Part shown: positions 46,422-57,069 of the stretch, one piece after another
Layout: each line of letters opens with the position of its first letter
Position numbering within the stretch: the stretch's first letter is position 1
Sequence record: SRR2962707_5410
Strand: one strand, 5' to 3'
Length of the DNA stretch: 59,474 bases
Position numbers and translations under genes: made by a program
The notes under the pieces: model-generated
What the model was told of the DNA's origin: nothing
Database searches by the model: none
The model's input: only the letters and a program-made list of their open reading frames with translations

Positions 46422-49400
46422 TTAAGCAACCCGCTTTTTGCGCCCCATCAAATGCGCAACCGTCAGGACGACATACAAGACAAGAACCAGTGCCGAGACC
46501 CCTCCCATAAACAAAAGGAAGGCAGTCATCATTGGTGACAGGTTCGCGATCAGTGGCAAACCATCGAACAATTCACCGGTCGCTGCAACATATCCCATCG
46601 TCAGGCCCAGCCAGAGAATCACCCCAGACAACGCCAGATTCATCAGCCCGCGCAATGCAGGAACCCGGAAACGCAAAGCACGTTTGACCGCTGCAATTTG
46701 CTTTCCGATGTCATGCTGTATCGCGATCAGAGACGGCACGACCAAAAGCACAAGCAACATGCCAAAGCCGAGGCCGTAAACCAATGTAATCACAGTCGGT
46801 TTTAGAAATTGCGCGTCGCTGGAGCCTTCATAAAGCAGTGGCGCCAAACCCAGGACAGTTGTCAATGTGGTTAACATTACCGGTCTCAAGCGATCTACTG
46901 CCCCATCAATGATGGACGGCACCAGACCCCGGTCTTTAGCATAACTGTCAATCTGCGTCACAAGAACAATTGAATCGTTAATGATGATACCTGTCATCCC
47001 TAACAATCCAACAACGGTGAACATCGACATTGGGACGTTCCAAAGCGCGTGGCCATAGATGGTCCCAACCAATCCGAATGGAATGATCGCCATCACAACC
47101 AAAGGTCGGGTCCAACTTGCGAAAACCCAACTCAGGACAAGGAAAATTCCCGACAATACAAGAATCAGTCCGTTGCGCGCATCTATCAAAAAGTCATTCG
47201 CCTGTTCACTAAGGCCAACCATCTGCCAATCAACCTGACGCGTACTCGCAATGGCTGGCAGCAGTTCTTCCTGCAATGCCTTCTCTATTTCAGAAGCTCG
47301 CGCTGCGTCGTCCTCTGAAATGTCACCCGTTACTGATATCAACCGAATGCCATTTTCACGACGAACCGTCGAAAATCCAGTCCGCCGTTCAACGCTGACA
47401 ATATCGGCCAGCTGGACGTAATTCCCTGAGGGTGTTCTCATTTGCGTGCGCTCTAAGAAATCGGCCGTCAATTCGCCGGTTGGAAGTTCCACACGAATTG
47501 TCGCGCTGCGCGGACCATCTGGATAGGTGGCCGCTTCGACGCCACCCAATCGATTGCGTAACACACGGCCCAAACCATCAATAGTAAAGCCCAGCGCCTG
47601 ACCTTGCGGTGTCAGTTCGAGGATCAACTCTTCTTTGTCGTAGGACAAGTTATCTTCGACGGCGGACACCTCTGGAAAGCGCGCCAACGCATCTTTCAGA
47701 TCTTCTGACGCCGCCTTAAGAGTTGCTGAGTTAGCTCCAAAAAACTGTACGTCCAACGCGTCGCCGCCTGGACCAGATCGCCATCCCCGAAAACTAATCG
47801 TTTCAACCAAAGGTGTTCGGCGCACTGCATCCTGAAGTTCCGCCACCAAGGCAAAGCTAGAATAAGGTCTCAAATCCGCGGGAATGAGTTCAATCGAAAT
47901 CGCGCCCAGTTGGTCAGGTTCTTTTGTGTCTGCCCCTGCCAAACCTCGCCCAGCGTTCCCCCCAATTTCGGCAATGACATAGTCAATTGGGTTCAAACCA
48001 TAGCGTTCTTCGTATTGCTTACCCAATTCATCCGTAGCGCGCTGCATTTCACGCATCATGACCAACGTGTCTTCACGTCCAGCACCCGGAGCCATCGCAA
48101 AGTTACCGGTCACAGACGTCTGCTCGGGCGCGTTGAAAAACCGCCACTGAACATCGCCCTTGATCAGCAAAGTGGCCTGCGAAGCCAAAAGAACCACAGC
48201 CCCAGCAATCACGACATATCGAAAGGTCACGACCCCGGCCATGAACGGACGGAACAATTTTTCCCGGAACCAGATGAACACAATGTTCACGGTCCGCGAT
48301 GGGAAGTCATACCAGTGCTCCTTGGCCGATTTCGCCAATGCGTGTGACATGTGGTTCGGCAGGATCAGGAAGCATTCAACCAAGGATGCCAGCAACACCA
48401 TGATCACCGTAAAGGGGATATCTCCGATCAGGTCGCCAAATCGTCCGCTGATAGCTGTCAGGCCGAAAAAAGCGATAACGGTGGTCAGCGTGGCCGAAAA
48501 CACGGGCAGTGCCATACGTTTTGCTGCATTTTCAGCGGCAGTCACCGGATCCTCACCATTGCGAAAGCGTTGGTCTGCGTGTTCACCAACGACAATTGCG
48601 TCGTCCACCACAATGCCCAACGTAATGATCAACGCGAAAAGCGAAATCATGTTGATCGTAATGCCAGCCACATACATCAAGGCGATTGCCGCCAGCATCG
48701 CAGTTGGAATACCTGCTGCGACCCAAAACGCGGTTCGCGCGTTCAGAAAGAGAAATAACAGAAGCACGACAAGGCCAAGGCCCGTCAGTCCGTTCTCAAG
48801 CAGAATATTCAATCGGCCTGTAATGGCCTCAGCCCGTGTGCGGATAAGATCAATTGAAACGCCCCCCGGAAGGGTTGCCTGCAATTGCTCAGCAACATCT
48901 TCAACCTGTCGCTGGATGCCAATGGCATCGCCCCGATCACTACGATCCACACGAATGGAGATCGCAGGGTTATCGTTGACAAAATAACTTCTGGCCCGGT
49001 CTATCCCTTCAACCCGAATGGTTGCGACATCGCCAATCGTCAATTGAGAGCCGTCGGCATTCGTCCGAAGAACAATCCCCGAGATTTGATCGGCTGAGCG
49101 TTTCTCGACCCCGGTACGAACACGTGTCGCAGAACCAGAGACGTCCCCTGCCGGGTCGGCATCGACTTCTTGTGCAATCGCGTCAGAAATGTCGGCCATC
49201 GTCACGTCAAAAGCGATCAAATTCGAAGAGGGCACTTCGACAACAGTATTTGGTGCAGCAAGGCCGCGAATTGTTGTACGAGTGACGCCCTCTGCGAAAA
49301 GGCGAACAACCATTTCGTCGGCAAAGCGGGCCAATTGATCGACGCCCACCGGCCCCGTGATAACAAGATCAGTCACGCGGTCACGCCACTGGCCGCGACG

Positions 49401-49808
49401 AACACTTGGGTCATCGGCCTCTTCAGGCAATGACGACACGGCATCTACGGCGGACTGAACATCATCTGCCGCGCGGCTCATTTCCCAGCCTGGCTCAAAC
49501 TCAAGCTGAATACGTGCGGAGCCTTCGCTGGAGGTCGAGGATGAGCTTTCCACACCCTCTACCGCCAAAAGCGCAGGTTCCAATACCTGAACAATCGCCG
49601 TGTCGACATCTTCTGCACCCGCTCCATCCCAACGAACGCTTACGGTGACATTGTCGACAACGACGTCCGGGAAAAACTGCGACCGCATCTGCGGCAGTGC
49701 AAATAATCCCGACGTGATCAGGATGACCAGCAGTAAGTTCGCCAGGGTTTTATGACGGGTGAAATATGACAGGATACCGTTGGCACGAACTTCAAGCCCC
49801 TTTGCCAT
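46422..49808 (-). CDS. RND efflux transporter permease (AcrB family)
   Basis: 1128 aa; 'GIVVDDAIVVGE', 'GIIINDSIVLV', 'RLRPVMLTTLTT'. Confidence 0.94.
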   Translation of the reverse strand: MAKGLEVRANGILSYFTRHKTLANLLLVILITSGLFALPQMRSQFFPDVVVDNVTVSVRWDGAGAEDVDTAIVQVLEPALLAVEGVESSSSTSSEGSARIQLEFEPGWEMSRAADDVQSAVDAVSSLPEEADDPSVRRGQWRDRVTDLVITGPVGVDQLARFADEMVVRLFAEGVTRTTIRGLAAPNTVVEVPSSNLIAFDVTMADISDAIAQEVDADPAGDVSGSATRVRTGVEKRSADQISGIVLRTNADGSQLTIGDVATIRVEGIDRARSYFVNDNPAISIRVDRSDRGDAIGIQRQVEDVAEQLQATLPGGVSIDLIRTRAEAITGRLNILLENGLTGLGLVVLLLFLFLNARTAFWVAAGIPTAMLAAIALMYVAGITINMISLFALIITLGIVVDDAIVVGEHADQRFRNGEDPVTAAENAAKRMALPVFSATLTTVIAFFGLTAISGRFGDLIGDIPFTVIMVLLASLVECFLILPNHMSHALAKSAKEHWYDFPSRTVNIVFIWFREKLFRPFMAGVVTFRYVVIAGAVVLLASQATLLIKGDVQWRFFNAPEQTSVTGNFAMAPGAGREDTLVMMREMQRATDELGKQYEERYGLNPIDYVIAEIGGNAGRGLAGADTKEPDQLGAISIELIPADLRPYSSFALVAELQDAVRRTPLVETISFRGWRSGPGGDALDVQFFGANSATLKAASEDLKDALARFPEVSAVEDNLSYDKEELILELTPQGQALGFTIDGLGRVLRNRLGGVEAATYPDGPRSATIRVELPTGELTADFLERTQMRTPSGNYVQLADIVSVERRTGFSTVRRENGIRLISVTGDISEDDAARASEIEKALQEELLPAIASTRQVDWQMVGLSEQANDFLIDARNGLILVLSGIFLVLSWVFASWTRPLVVMAIIPFGLVGTIYGHALWNVPMSMFTVVGLLGMTGIIINDSIVLVTQIDSYAKDRGLVPSIIDGAVDRLRPVMLTTLTTVLGLAPLLYEGSSDAQFLKPTVITLVYGLGFGMLLVLLVVPSLIAIQHDIGKQIAAVKRALRFRVPALRGLMNLALSGVILWLGLTMGYVAATGELFDGLPLIANLSPMMTAFLLFMGGVSALVLVLYVVLTVAHLMGRKKRVA

Positions 49809-49811
49809 GGT

Positions 49812-51269
49812 CTAGCCCCCCATCCGAGATTCAAGACGCTCTACGGCTTCCGCCGGAACTTGGTCCTGTTTCAACTGGGATAAAATGCGCTCTTTTACTG
49901 CGCTTGGCATACGACCGTTGCTTTCAACAAAGGCAATCAGCTTGTCTCGGCGCTCTTGCGTCAGCTGCACCATTTTCGGGGGTTCTGGAACGGCGGCACC
50001 TTCGCCGCGCAGCGGGCGCACTTTTATACCTGCGCCTAATAGCGGGGTGCGTTCCGCAACAACTTCTTTGTCTCGCAGTTCCCGTGATCTCACCAAAACA
50101 TCATTGCCCTGTCGACGTTCGACCGTCACCTTGACCATTTCAAGCCGATCCTGCGCCCCGATCACCAGAACCTCTCCAGCCGCGTTGACAGCCGACGCCG
50201 GAAGACGGGCAACAAAAGGTAGGGCAGATTCTTCGATGGAGACGGTCACAAAGTCTCCAGGCTTAAAGCCACGCGATTCGCTCAACGATGCAAAGAGCAA
50301 ACGACCTGTTTGACCTTCTCCAACGGCCACACCATCGCGCACCAGAACCCCCTTAGCGGTTAGGTTCGTTCCAAAAGCATCCAAAGTCGCGGTAACCTTC
50401 GCCCGCTGCAATGTGCCATCATCAGCAAGAAGCCGACTGTATTGCTGCGTAGATACACGGAACGCGACCTCTAACGCAGACGCATCGACCAGCTGAGCCA
50501 ATTGTTCATTCGCTGAAACCAGGCGCCCTTCTACAACGTTCATATCGCTGAGCGTCCCAGTGAAATCTGCTCGAATTTCCGTATTCTTCAGTGCGCGCTC
50601 AGCTTCGGCCAAAGCGATATCTTGACGCGCGACAAGCGTGACGGCCTGATCAATGCGTGCCTCAGCCTGCGCCACGGCCTGACGACGTGACAAAATCTGT
50701 TGGCGGGCCGTTGAGGCGGCTAGTTCCGCGGTTTCAACCGCCGCTGCCGTACCCACGCCCCGCTCTTGCAGGTTCACTTGCCGCTCCAAGGCCTTATCAC
50801 GAAGCACCGATTGCTCTACAGCCGCCTGCAATTCATCCTGCGCCAAAATAAGCGCACGATTTGCTTCACGGGCTTCCGCCTCAGCATCCAACATTTGCGA
50901 TTTAACCCGATCCAGAGCGGATAAGGCATTTGCCGGGTCTGTCCGGGCCAAAAGCTGGCCCTCAGCAACGCGACCACCTTCTTGGAACTCGGGGGCGAAA
51001 TCCATCATAGCACCGCCAGAGGCCGCTCGAATTTCTAGCGTGCGTTGGCTTTGTACTTCACCAAAGGCGGTCAAAACAGGTGTAATTGTTTCAAATGTGG
51101 CTGGGACGACGTTCACTGCAAAGACACGCTCTCGCACATTGGGCGTACGGGCCTCTTGGGACATTCGCTCTTGTACGGCACCGCGGACCAACGAGCCGGC
51201 ATACACCATTAGCGCCAAAGTCAAAGCCGTCAGGAAAAGCCCTATCAGGCTTTGTCGTAAAAATCGCAT
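49812..51269 (-). CDS. RND efflux periplasmic adaptor (membrane fusion protein)
   Basis: Start MRFLRQ; N-terminal TM, lipoyl-like halves flanking a long coiled-coil hairpin; adjacent to the RND permease. Confidence 0.88.
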   Translation of the reverse strand: MRFLRQSLIGLFLTALTLALMVYAGSLVRGAVQERMSQEARTPNVRERVFAVNVVPATFETITPVLTAFGEVQSQRTLEIRAASGGAMMDFAPEFQEGGRVAEGQLLARTDPANALSALDRVKSQMLDAEAEAREANRALILAQDELQAAVEQSVLRDKALERQVNLQERGVGTAAAVETAELAASTARQQILSRRQAVAQAEARIDQAVTLVARQDIALAEAERALKNTEIRADFTGTLSDMNVVEGRLVSANEQLAQLVDASALEVAFRVSTQQYSRLLADDGTLQRAKVTATLDAFGTNLTAKGVLVRDGVAVGEGQTGRLLFASLSESRGFKPGDFVTVSIEESALPFVARLPASAVNAAGEVLVIGAQDRLEMVKVTVERRQGNDVLVRSRELRDKEVVAERTPLLGAGIKVRPLRGEGAAVPEPPKMVQLTQERRDKLIAFVESNGRMPSAVKERILSQLKQDQVPAEAVERLESRMGG

Positions 51270-51362
51270 TTCAGCACCTTTCGAGGATCGGCTGCCCACT
51301 TTAAATCATGTAGCTGGCGAAAGTGTTTTGCCAAGCCACAAAGGCTTGTACGCGCGATCTTG

Positions 51363-51905
51363 TTATTTCCGTCGCTGATGTTCGGCCAAACGTGGAAAAA
51401 TTTCTACGAAATTACAGGGACGATGGCGAAAATCGAGTTGTTTGCACAAAATTTCGTCCCATGCATCTTTGCACGCGCCGGGGCTGCCCGGCAAAGCAAA
51501 TAGATAGGTGCCTTGTGCAACGCCACCTGTCGCGCGGCTTTGAACAGCACTTGTCCCAATTTTCTGCATGCTGACGATTGTGAAAATGGTACCGAACGCG
51601 TCGATTTCTTTTTCATAAACATCACGATGCGCTTCGACAGTCACGTCCCGTCCAGTCAGCCCGGTCCCGCCCGTAGAAATCACCACATCAATGTCCGGAT
51701 TGGCGCACCAGTCGCGCAATTGACTGGAAATTTCGGCTCGTTCATCCTGAATGATCTGCCGGGCTGCAACAACATGACCGGCGCCTTCGATCCGTTTGAC
51801 CAAAGTATCGCCAGACCGATCCTCAGAAAGCGACCGTGTGTCGCTCACGGTTAAAACGGCGATGCGCACGGGAATGAATTCTTTCGTCTCATCAATGCGG
51901 GACAT
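51363..51905 (-). CDS. moaB: Molybdenum cofactor biosynthesis protein B
   Basis: 'IAVLTVSDTR', 'TGGTGLTGRDVT', 'QSRA', 'LPGSPGAC', 'RPCNF'. Confidence 0.94.
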   Translation of the reverse strand: MSRIDETKEFIPVRIAVLTVSDTRSLSEDRSGDTLVKRIEGAGHVVAARQIIQDERAEISSQLRDWCANPDIDVVISTGGTGLTGRDVTVEAHRDVYEKEIDAFGTIFTIVSMQKIGTSAVQSRATGGVAQGTYLFALPGSPGACKDAWDEILCKQLDFRHRPCNFVEIFPRLAEHQRRK

Positions 51906-51907
51906 GT

Positions 51908-52693
51908 TTAACGGTTCTCCAAACGGGCCTTCAGGGACAAAAGATCAGCCCAAGTTTCCCGTTTCGCGCTGGGTGTACGCAACAGGTAGGCCGGGTGAAA
52001 CATCGGCAAGCAAGGTTTTCCAAAAGCCTCGGCCCATTTTCCGCGAAGCCGCGTGATGCCTCGAACATTCAGGGCAGCCTGACAACTGATATTGCCCATC
52101 AGAACAATCGCCGTAGGGTCGACCAAAGCGACGTGACGCTCAAGAAACGGTAACATCATTGCAATTTCGACCGGCTTTGGATCACGGTTTTGCGGCGGAC
52201 GCCAAGGCAATACATTGGTGATATACACGGCGGACGCACCGTCTTGATCGCGACCCAAGTCGATCGCTCCCAGCATTTTGTCTAATAATTGCCCGGCCCG
52301 GCCCACAAACGGCTTTCCTTGCTGGTCTTCTTCGCGGCCCGGAGCCTCTCCGATGATCATCAGGCGCCCGTCCGGATTGCCGTCCGAAAAGACCAGATTG
52401 CGGGCGCCATGACGCAAATCGCAATGCGAGAAATCGGCCATAGCCACGCGCAATTCGTCCAAGGATGTCGCCGCTTTAGCCGCAAGCCGTGCCTCAGCCA
52501 CCGGGTCCAGCTTGGTTTGAACAACAGGTGTCGGCTGAGCGTTGGACCCCGTCTTGCCCAAAGTTTTTGCCGGAGCTTTTTCAGCAACCTCGTAACGGTT
52601 CACGGGTGCATCGCAAATGGTCTCGGTTACACCAAGCTCATACTGCCACTCCAATAGGGCCCGCGCCCCATGCCAATCTATTGCCGATTCCAT
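51908..52693 (-). CDS. Uracil-DNA glycosylase, family 4
   Basis: '[17 protein letters not shown]', 'WRPPQNRDP', 'FHPAYLLR'. Confidence 0.92.
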   Translation of the reverse strand: MESAIDWHGARALLEWQYELGVTETICDAPVNRYEVAEKAPAKTLGKTGSNAQPTPVVQTKLDPVAEARLAAKAATSLDELRVAMADFSHCDLRHGARNLVFSDGNPDGRLMIIGEAPGREEDQQGKPFVGRAGQLLDKMLGAIDLGRDQDGASAVYITNVLPWRPPQNRDPKPVEIAMMLPFLERHVALVDPTAIVLMGNISCQAALNVRGITRLRGKWAEAFGKPCLPMFHPAYLLRTPSAKRETWADLLSLKARLENR

Positions 52694-52763
52694 GCGCCAA
52701 CCCTACATCTCTGTTGCACTGGCGGAAAGCCAAGTGCTGCGCTTTCTATCTTCTTAAGCTTTC

Positions 52764-52812
52764 GCCCCCAAAAGTGCGCGGGATGGGCGGGTGGGCGCGC
52801 GCTTTTGGGGGC
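52764..52812. repeat. 17-bp hairpin whose loop is a G3 quadruplex motif
   Basis: GCCCCCAAAAGTGCGCG / CGCGCGCTTTTGGGGGC arms; GGGATGGGCGGGTGGG at 52780-52795. Confidence 0.6.
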
Positions 52813-52885
52813 CTGTCGTGTTCACACAGTCTTGCCGCCAATGCAGCTGCCGCCTATAACCCACCCGCGATAAAGGAGCCTGCCC

Positions 52886-53836
52886 ATGCGTTTTGATCAC
52901 CGCCACCTCCTGGGCATTGAACCCCTGCGCCCTGATGAGATTACCACCATACTGGACCTGGCGGATCAGTATGTGACTCTCAATCGACGACGTGACAAAC
53001 ATTCCAGTGTTTTGGCCGGTCTGACCCAGATTAATATGTTCTTCGAAAACTCAACGCGCACACAGGCCAGTTTTGAATTGGCAGGTAAACGTTTGGGAGC
53101 GGACGTCATGAATATGGCCATGCAGGCCAGCTCGATCAAAAAAGGCGAAACCCTGATCGACACTGCCATGTCCTTAAACGCTATGCATCCGGACCTTTTG
53201 GTTGTGCGCCATCCTCATTCAGGCGCTGTCGACCTCTTGGCGCAAAAAGTGAATTGCGCGGTCTTGAACGCAGGCGACGGACGTCACGAACATCCAACCC
53301 AAGCCTTGTTGGATGCCCTGACAATTCGCCGGGCCAAAGGTCGTTTGCACCGCCTGAACATCGCGATTTGCGGCGACATTTCTCATAGCCGCGTCGCACG
53401 CTCGAATATCCTGTTGTTGCATAAGATGGAAAACCGCATCCGCCTGATTGGTCCGCCCACCTTGATGCCTTCCGGAATCGAGCATTTCGGCGTCGAGGTC
53501 TATGATGACATGCGCAAAGGTCTGGAAGGCGTCGATGTTGTCATGATGCTGCGTCTCCAAAAAGAACGTATGGACGGCGGGTTTATCCCGTCTGAGCGTG
53601 AATACTACCACCGGTACGGTCTGGATGCGGACAAATTGTCTTGTGCCAAAGAGGATGCAATTGTGATGCATCCGGGGCCAATGAACCGCGGTGTCGAGAT
53701 TGACGGAACCTTAGCGGATGATATCAATCGGTCTGTTATTCAGGAACAAGTTGAAATGGGTGTCGCCGTGCGTATGGCGGCAATGGACATTCTGGCCCGA
53801 AATCTGCGGGCACGCCCTAATGAGGTCGTTGTATGA
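52886..53836 (+). CDS. pyrB: Aspartate carbamoyltransferase catalytic subunit
   Basis: 'FFENSTRT', 'KGETL.DT', '[10 protein letters not shown]', '[12 protein letters not shown]'. Confidence 0.97.
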   Translation: MRFDHRHLLGIEPLRPDEITTILDLADQYVTLNRRRDKHSSVLAGLTQINMFFENSTRTQASFELAGKRLGADVMNMAMQASSIKKGETLIDTAMSLNAMHPDLLVVRHPHSGAVDLLAQKVNCAVLNAGDGRHEHPTQALLDALTIRRAKGRLHRLNIAICGDISHSRVARSNILLLHKMENRIRLIGPPTLMPSGIEHFGVEVYDDMRKGLEGVDVVMMLRLQKERMDGGFIPSEREYYHRYGLDADKLSCAKEDAIVMHPGPMNRGVEIDGTLADDINRSVIQEQVEMGVAVRMAAMDILARNLRARPNEVVV

Positions 53837-54387
53837 GTGATATGATTTCCATCAGTGAAAGCGAAAATGGTGTCGTCCGGGTCTTTCACATCGACTTACC
53901 TCCGGAAGCCATTGAACGGTTTACCACACAAGCCGGAACCGGAGAATGGCCGCTAAAATATGGGTTGGGTGCAAAACATCTTTCCAACACGTTTGTTGAG
54001 GTGATCGATCTGCGGGATCTCGATGAGATGCCGCTGTCCCGCTACTTGATCGAGGCCCATGGCGTTTCCAGCGCGGCGCTCAAAGACAGGCAGAGCCGTT
54101 TGGACAGTCTAAAAGGCCATGTTTTGGTCCTGCCAACCCAAGCTTTTGGCCGCGTGCGTCAAGAGCTTGCAGTGCGCTCACCGATCAGGTGGATAGGCAC
54201 GTTCGCAGAAATACGCCCTGCCACCAAAGGCGTTAAGATTCAGAGCAAAGCTTCTGAAGGATTGATCGCTGGTGGCCCAGGGCAATCCGGCTCAGAGGTC
54301 TCTGGAAAAATAAAGCGCTTTGCCATCATCGCTATGGCTGTGGTTGCGGCATTGGTGGCCGTGACTCTGTTGGTGGGACGCGGGTGA
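53833..54387 (+). CDS. Hypothetical protein with C-terminal membrane anchor
   Basis: ATGA overlap with pyrB; hydrophobic C-terminus [19 protein letters not shown]. Confidence 0.7.
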   Translation: MSDMISISESENGVVRVFHIDLPPEAIERFTTQAGTGEWPLKYGLGAKHLSNTFVEVIDLRDLDEMPLSRYLIEAHGVSSAALKDRQSRLDSLKGHVLVLPTQAFGRVRQELAVRSPIRWIGTFAEIRPATKGVKIQSKASEGLIAGGPGQSGSEVSGKIKRFAIIAMAVVAALVAVTLLVGRG

Positions 54388-54466
54388 GCGGCCCCATCGA
54401 ACATGTTTCTCATCAGGTCGAGCCTGATTTAACCGAGGCCCGTATCCGCACGAGGCAAGACAAACC

Positions 54467-55756
54467 ATGACTATGACCGTTTTTCACAATGCCCGTCTGA
54501 TCAACCCAGAAGCGGGAACAGACAACATAGGCGCGATCTTAGTTGTTGATGGCGTCATTCAGGACGTGATCAATGAGGAAGCTTTCCCACCTGTCCCCGA
54601 AGGGGCTTCGGTCATTGATTGTGGTGGAAAATGTCTGGCTCCGGGAATTGTCGACATCGGCGTCAAAGTCTGTGAACCCGGCGAGCGCCACAAAGAAAGC
54701 TATGGCTCAGCTGGGTTGGCGGCTGCGGCGGGTGGGGTTACCACCATCGCCACCCGGCCCGATACTGTCCCGACAGTGGACACGCCAGAAGCGCTCGAAT
54801 TCATTCGGCGGCGCGCCAATGAAGAAACTCAGGTCAACGTTCTGCCCATGGCCGCGCTTACCAAAAATCGCTTGGGTCGCGAAATGACAGAGCTTGGCTT
54901 TTTGTTGGATGCAGGAGCCGTCGCTTTCACCGATTGTGATCACGTGGTTACGGATACCAAGGTGCTGAGCCGCGCAATGACCTATGCTAGGTCTCTTGAC
55001 GCTTTGATCATAGCCCATCCTCAGGATCCGGGCTTGTCCAAAGGGGCCGCTGCGACCTCGGGCAAGTTTGCAAGCTTGCGCGGACTACCCGCTGTGACGC
55101 CGATGGCCGAGCGTATGGGCTTAGACCGGGACATCGCTTTGATTGAAATGACCGGGGCAAAATACCATGCGGACCAAATCACCACGTCGCGGGCCCTGCC
55201 CGCTTTGGAACGCGCAAAAAGCAACGGTTTTGACATCACGGCCGGAACTTCCATTCATCACCTGACCCTCAATGAGTTGGATGTCGCAGACTATCGCACC
55301 TTCTTTAAGGTCAAACCGCCTTTGCGCTCCGAAGAAGATCGTCAGGAAATCATCGAAGCTGTGCGGAGTGGATTGATCGACACGATCAGCTCGATGCACA
55401 CCCCTCAGGATGAAGAATCCAAACGTCTGCCCTTTGAAGAAGCAGCCAGCGGCGCGGTCGGTCTAGAGACCGCATTACCCGTTTTGCTGCGGCTTTATCA
55501 TGGCGACGCGCTAGACCTACCTACCTTGTTCCGTGCCCTTTCGTTAAATCCCGCAAAACGGCTGGGACTGGCTTGCGGGCGACTGACCAAAGGTGCGCCG
55601 GCCGATCTGGTTCTGTTTGACCCGGACAAGCCTATCATCCTTGACAGGTTCATGCTGCGATCAAAGTCCAAAAATACGCCATTTGACGGCGCCCGCCTTC
55701 AGGGTAAGGTTCTGTCGACCTATGTCGCTGGCCAAGAAATATATCGGAGCATTTGA
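54467..55756 (+). CDS. pyrC: Dihydroorotase-like subunit (PyrC/PyrC')
   Basis: 'CEPG..HKE', 'AAAAGGVTT', 'KVKPPLR', 'SKSKNTPF'; the HxH metal motif reads 'DIGVK', typical of the inactive PyrC'-type ATCase partner. Confidence 0.88.
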   Translation: MTMTVFHNARLINPEAGTDNIGAILVVDGVIQDVINEEAFPPVPEGASVIDCGGKCLAPGIVDIGVKVCEPGERHKESYGSAGLAAAAGGVTTIATRPDTVPTVDTPEALEFIRRRANEETQVNVLPMAALTKNRLGREMTELGFLLDAGAVAFTDCDHVVTDTKVLSRAMTYARSLDALIIAHPQDPGLSKGAAATSGKFASLRGLPAVTPMAERMGLDRDIALIEMTGAKYHADQITTSRALPALERAKSNGFDITAGTSIHHLTLNELDVADYRTFFKVKPPLRSEEDRQEIIEAVRSGLIDTISSMHTPQDEESKRLPFEEAASGAVGLETALPVLLRLYHGDALDLPTLFRALSLNPAKRLGLACGRLTKGAPADLVLFDPDKPIILDRFMLRSKSKNTPFDGARLQGKVLSTYVAGQEIYRSI

Positions 55757-56361
55757 TGCCACTCGTTGAAACGTCATTTGCTTTGCTTTTGATCTGGGCC
55801 GTAATTGGTTACCTGCTGGGGTCGATCCCATTTGGTATGATCCTGTCCAAATTGATGGGGCTGGGCAACCTGCGCGAGATCGGTTCAGGCAATATTGGCG
55901 CGACGAATGTTCTCAGAACCGGCTCAAAGCCTGCGGCAGCAGGCACGTTGATTTTGGACGGTGGCAAGGGGGCTTTTGCCGTGATCCTCGCCCGTCTGAT
56001 GGCGGGTGAAGATGCCGCCCAACTGGCTGGGCTCATGGCCTTTTTGGGTCATTGTTTTCCGGTTTGGCTGGGCTTCAAAGGGGGCAAGGGGGTTGCCACT
56101 TTTCTTGGTTTGATGTTGGCCTTGGCGTGGCCCGTCGGTCTGGCCTGTTGCGCAACTTGGTTGGCGACCGCCGCAATCGCCCGAATTTCGAGCCTTAGCG
56201 CGCTAGTCGCCGCGCTTTCAGCCGCCCTGTGGATGGCCCTATTGGGCTACACAACGGCCATCGCTTTGGCACTGGTTTTGTCGGCGATTGTTTTCATTCG
56301 CCATTCCGCCAATATTTCCCGACTCATGGCCGGTACAGAGCCACGAATCGGAAAGTCTTAA
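55756..56361 (+). CDS. plsY: Glycerol-3-phosphate acyltransferase
   Basis: 'YLLGSIPFG', 'GSGNIGATNVLR', 'GHCFPVWLGFKGGKGVAT', 'RHSANI.RL..GTE'. Confidence 0.96.
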   Translation: MPLVETSFALLLIWAVIGYLLGSIPFGMILSKLMGLGNLREIGSGNIGATNVLRTGSKPAAAGTLILDGGKGAFAVILARLMAGEDAAQLAGLMAFLGHCFPVWLGFKGGKGVATFLGLMLALAWPVGLACCATWLATAAIARISSLSALVAALSAALWMALLGYTTAIALALVLSAIVFIRHSANISRLMAGTEPRIGKS

Positions 56362-56364
56362 AGG

Positions 56365-56964
56365 TTATTTACCGGCGAGATGCGCCGCGAGATCAGCGAC
56401 CCGATCCTGTCCCCAAAACCGTTGATCATCGTCAGTGATGTAGAACGGCGCGCCAAAGACACCTGCCGACACCGCCTCTTCAAGGTTTCTGGCATAGGTC
56501 TCAGCGCCGGTGAGCAATCCTGAGTTCGTCAATTCCGGATCAAATCCAGATTTTTCAAGACAGTCCCGCACAACATCTTCTTGGGCAATGTCGCGGTCTT
56601 CTGCCCACACCGCCGTTAAAAATGACTGCACCAATCCCCCAACATCGCTTCCACCATTCGTGTTTTGCGCCGCGATGATGGCATAAGAAGAAGGCGCAGC
56701 ATTGGTTGGCCAATGTGCAGGCTTCAAGTTGAATGGCATATCCGCAGCTTTTGAGATGCGGAGCAGTTCCTGTGCGCGATATTCGATCCGAGATGGGTGC
56801 CGCTGCGGAGGGGGTGTCCCACCTGTGCGCCCCATCAGGGACACGATATCCACCGGTTTATAGGTCACCGATGCGCCGTTTTTGGCGACAACCTCTTCCA
56901 GACTGTTGCCAGCCAGATAGGTAAAAGGCGAAATTGTCGAAAAATAGTAGTCTATATGAGCCAA
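56365..56964 (-). CDS. 2-hydroxychromene-2-carboxylate isomerase / GST-kappa family
   Basis: 'IDYYFSTISPFTYL', 'GVFGAPFY', 'FWGQDR'. Confidence 0.88.
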   Translation of the reverse strand: MAHIDYYFSTISPFTYLAGNSLEEVVAKNGASVTYKPVDIVSLMGRTGGTPPPQRHPSRIEYRAQELLRISKAADMPFNLKPAHWPTNAAPSSYAIIAAQNTNGGSDVGGLVQSFLTAVWAEDRDIAQEDVVRDCLEKSGFDPELTNSGLLTGAETYARNLEEAVSAGVFGAPFYITDDDQRFWGQDRVADLAAHLAGK

Positions 56965-57069
56965 TTGGTCTCTCCTTGCCTCCGGGTACTTTGCGTCACC
57001 GTACGTGCATGTTAAGCGAAGTCACGTCACGAATCTGTCATTAATGACATCATCGGAGCTGCTGCCACC

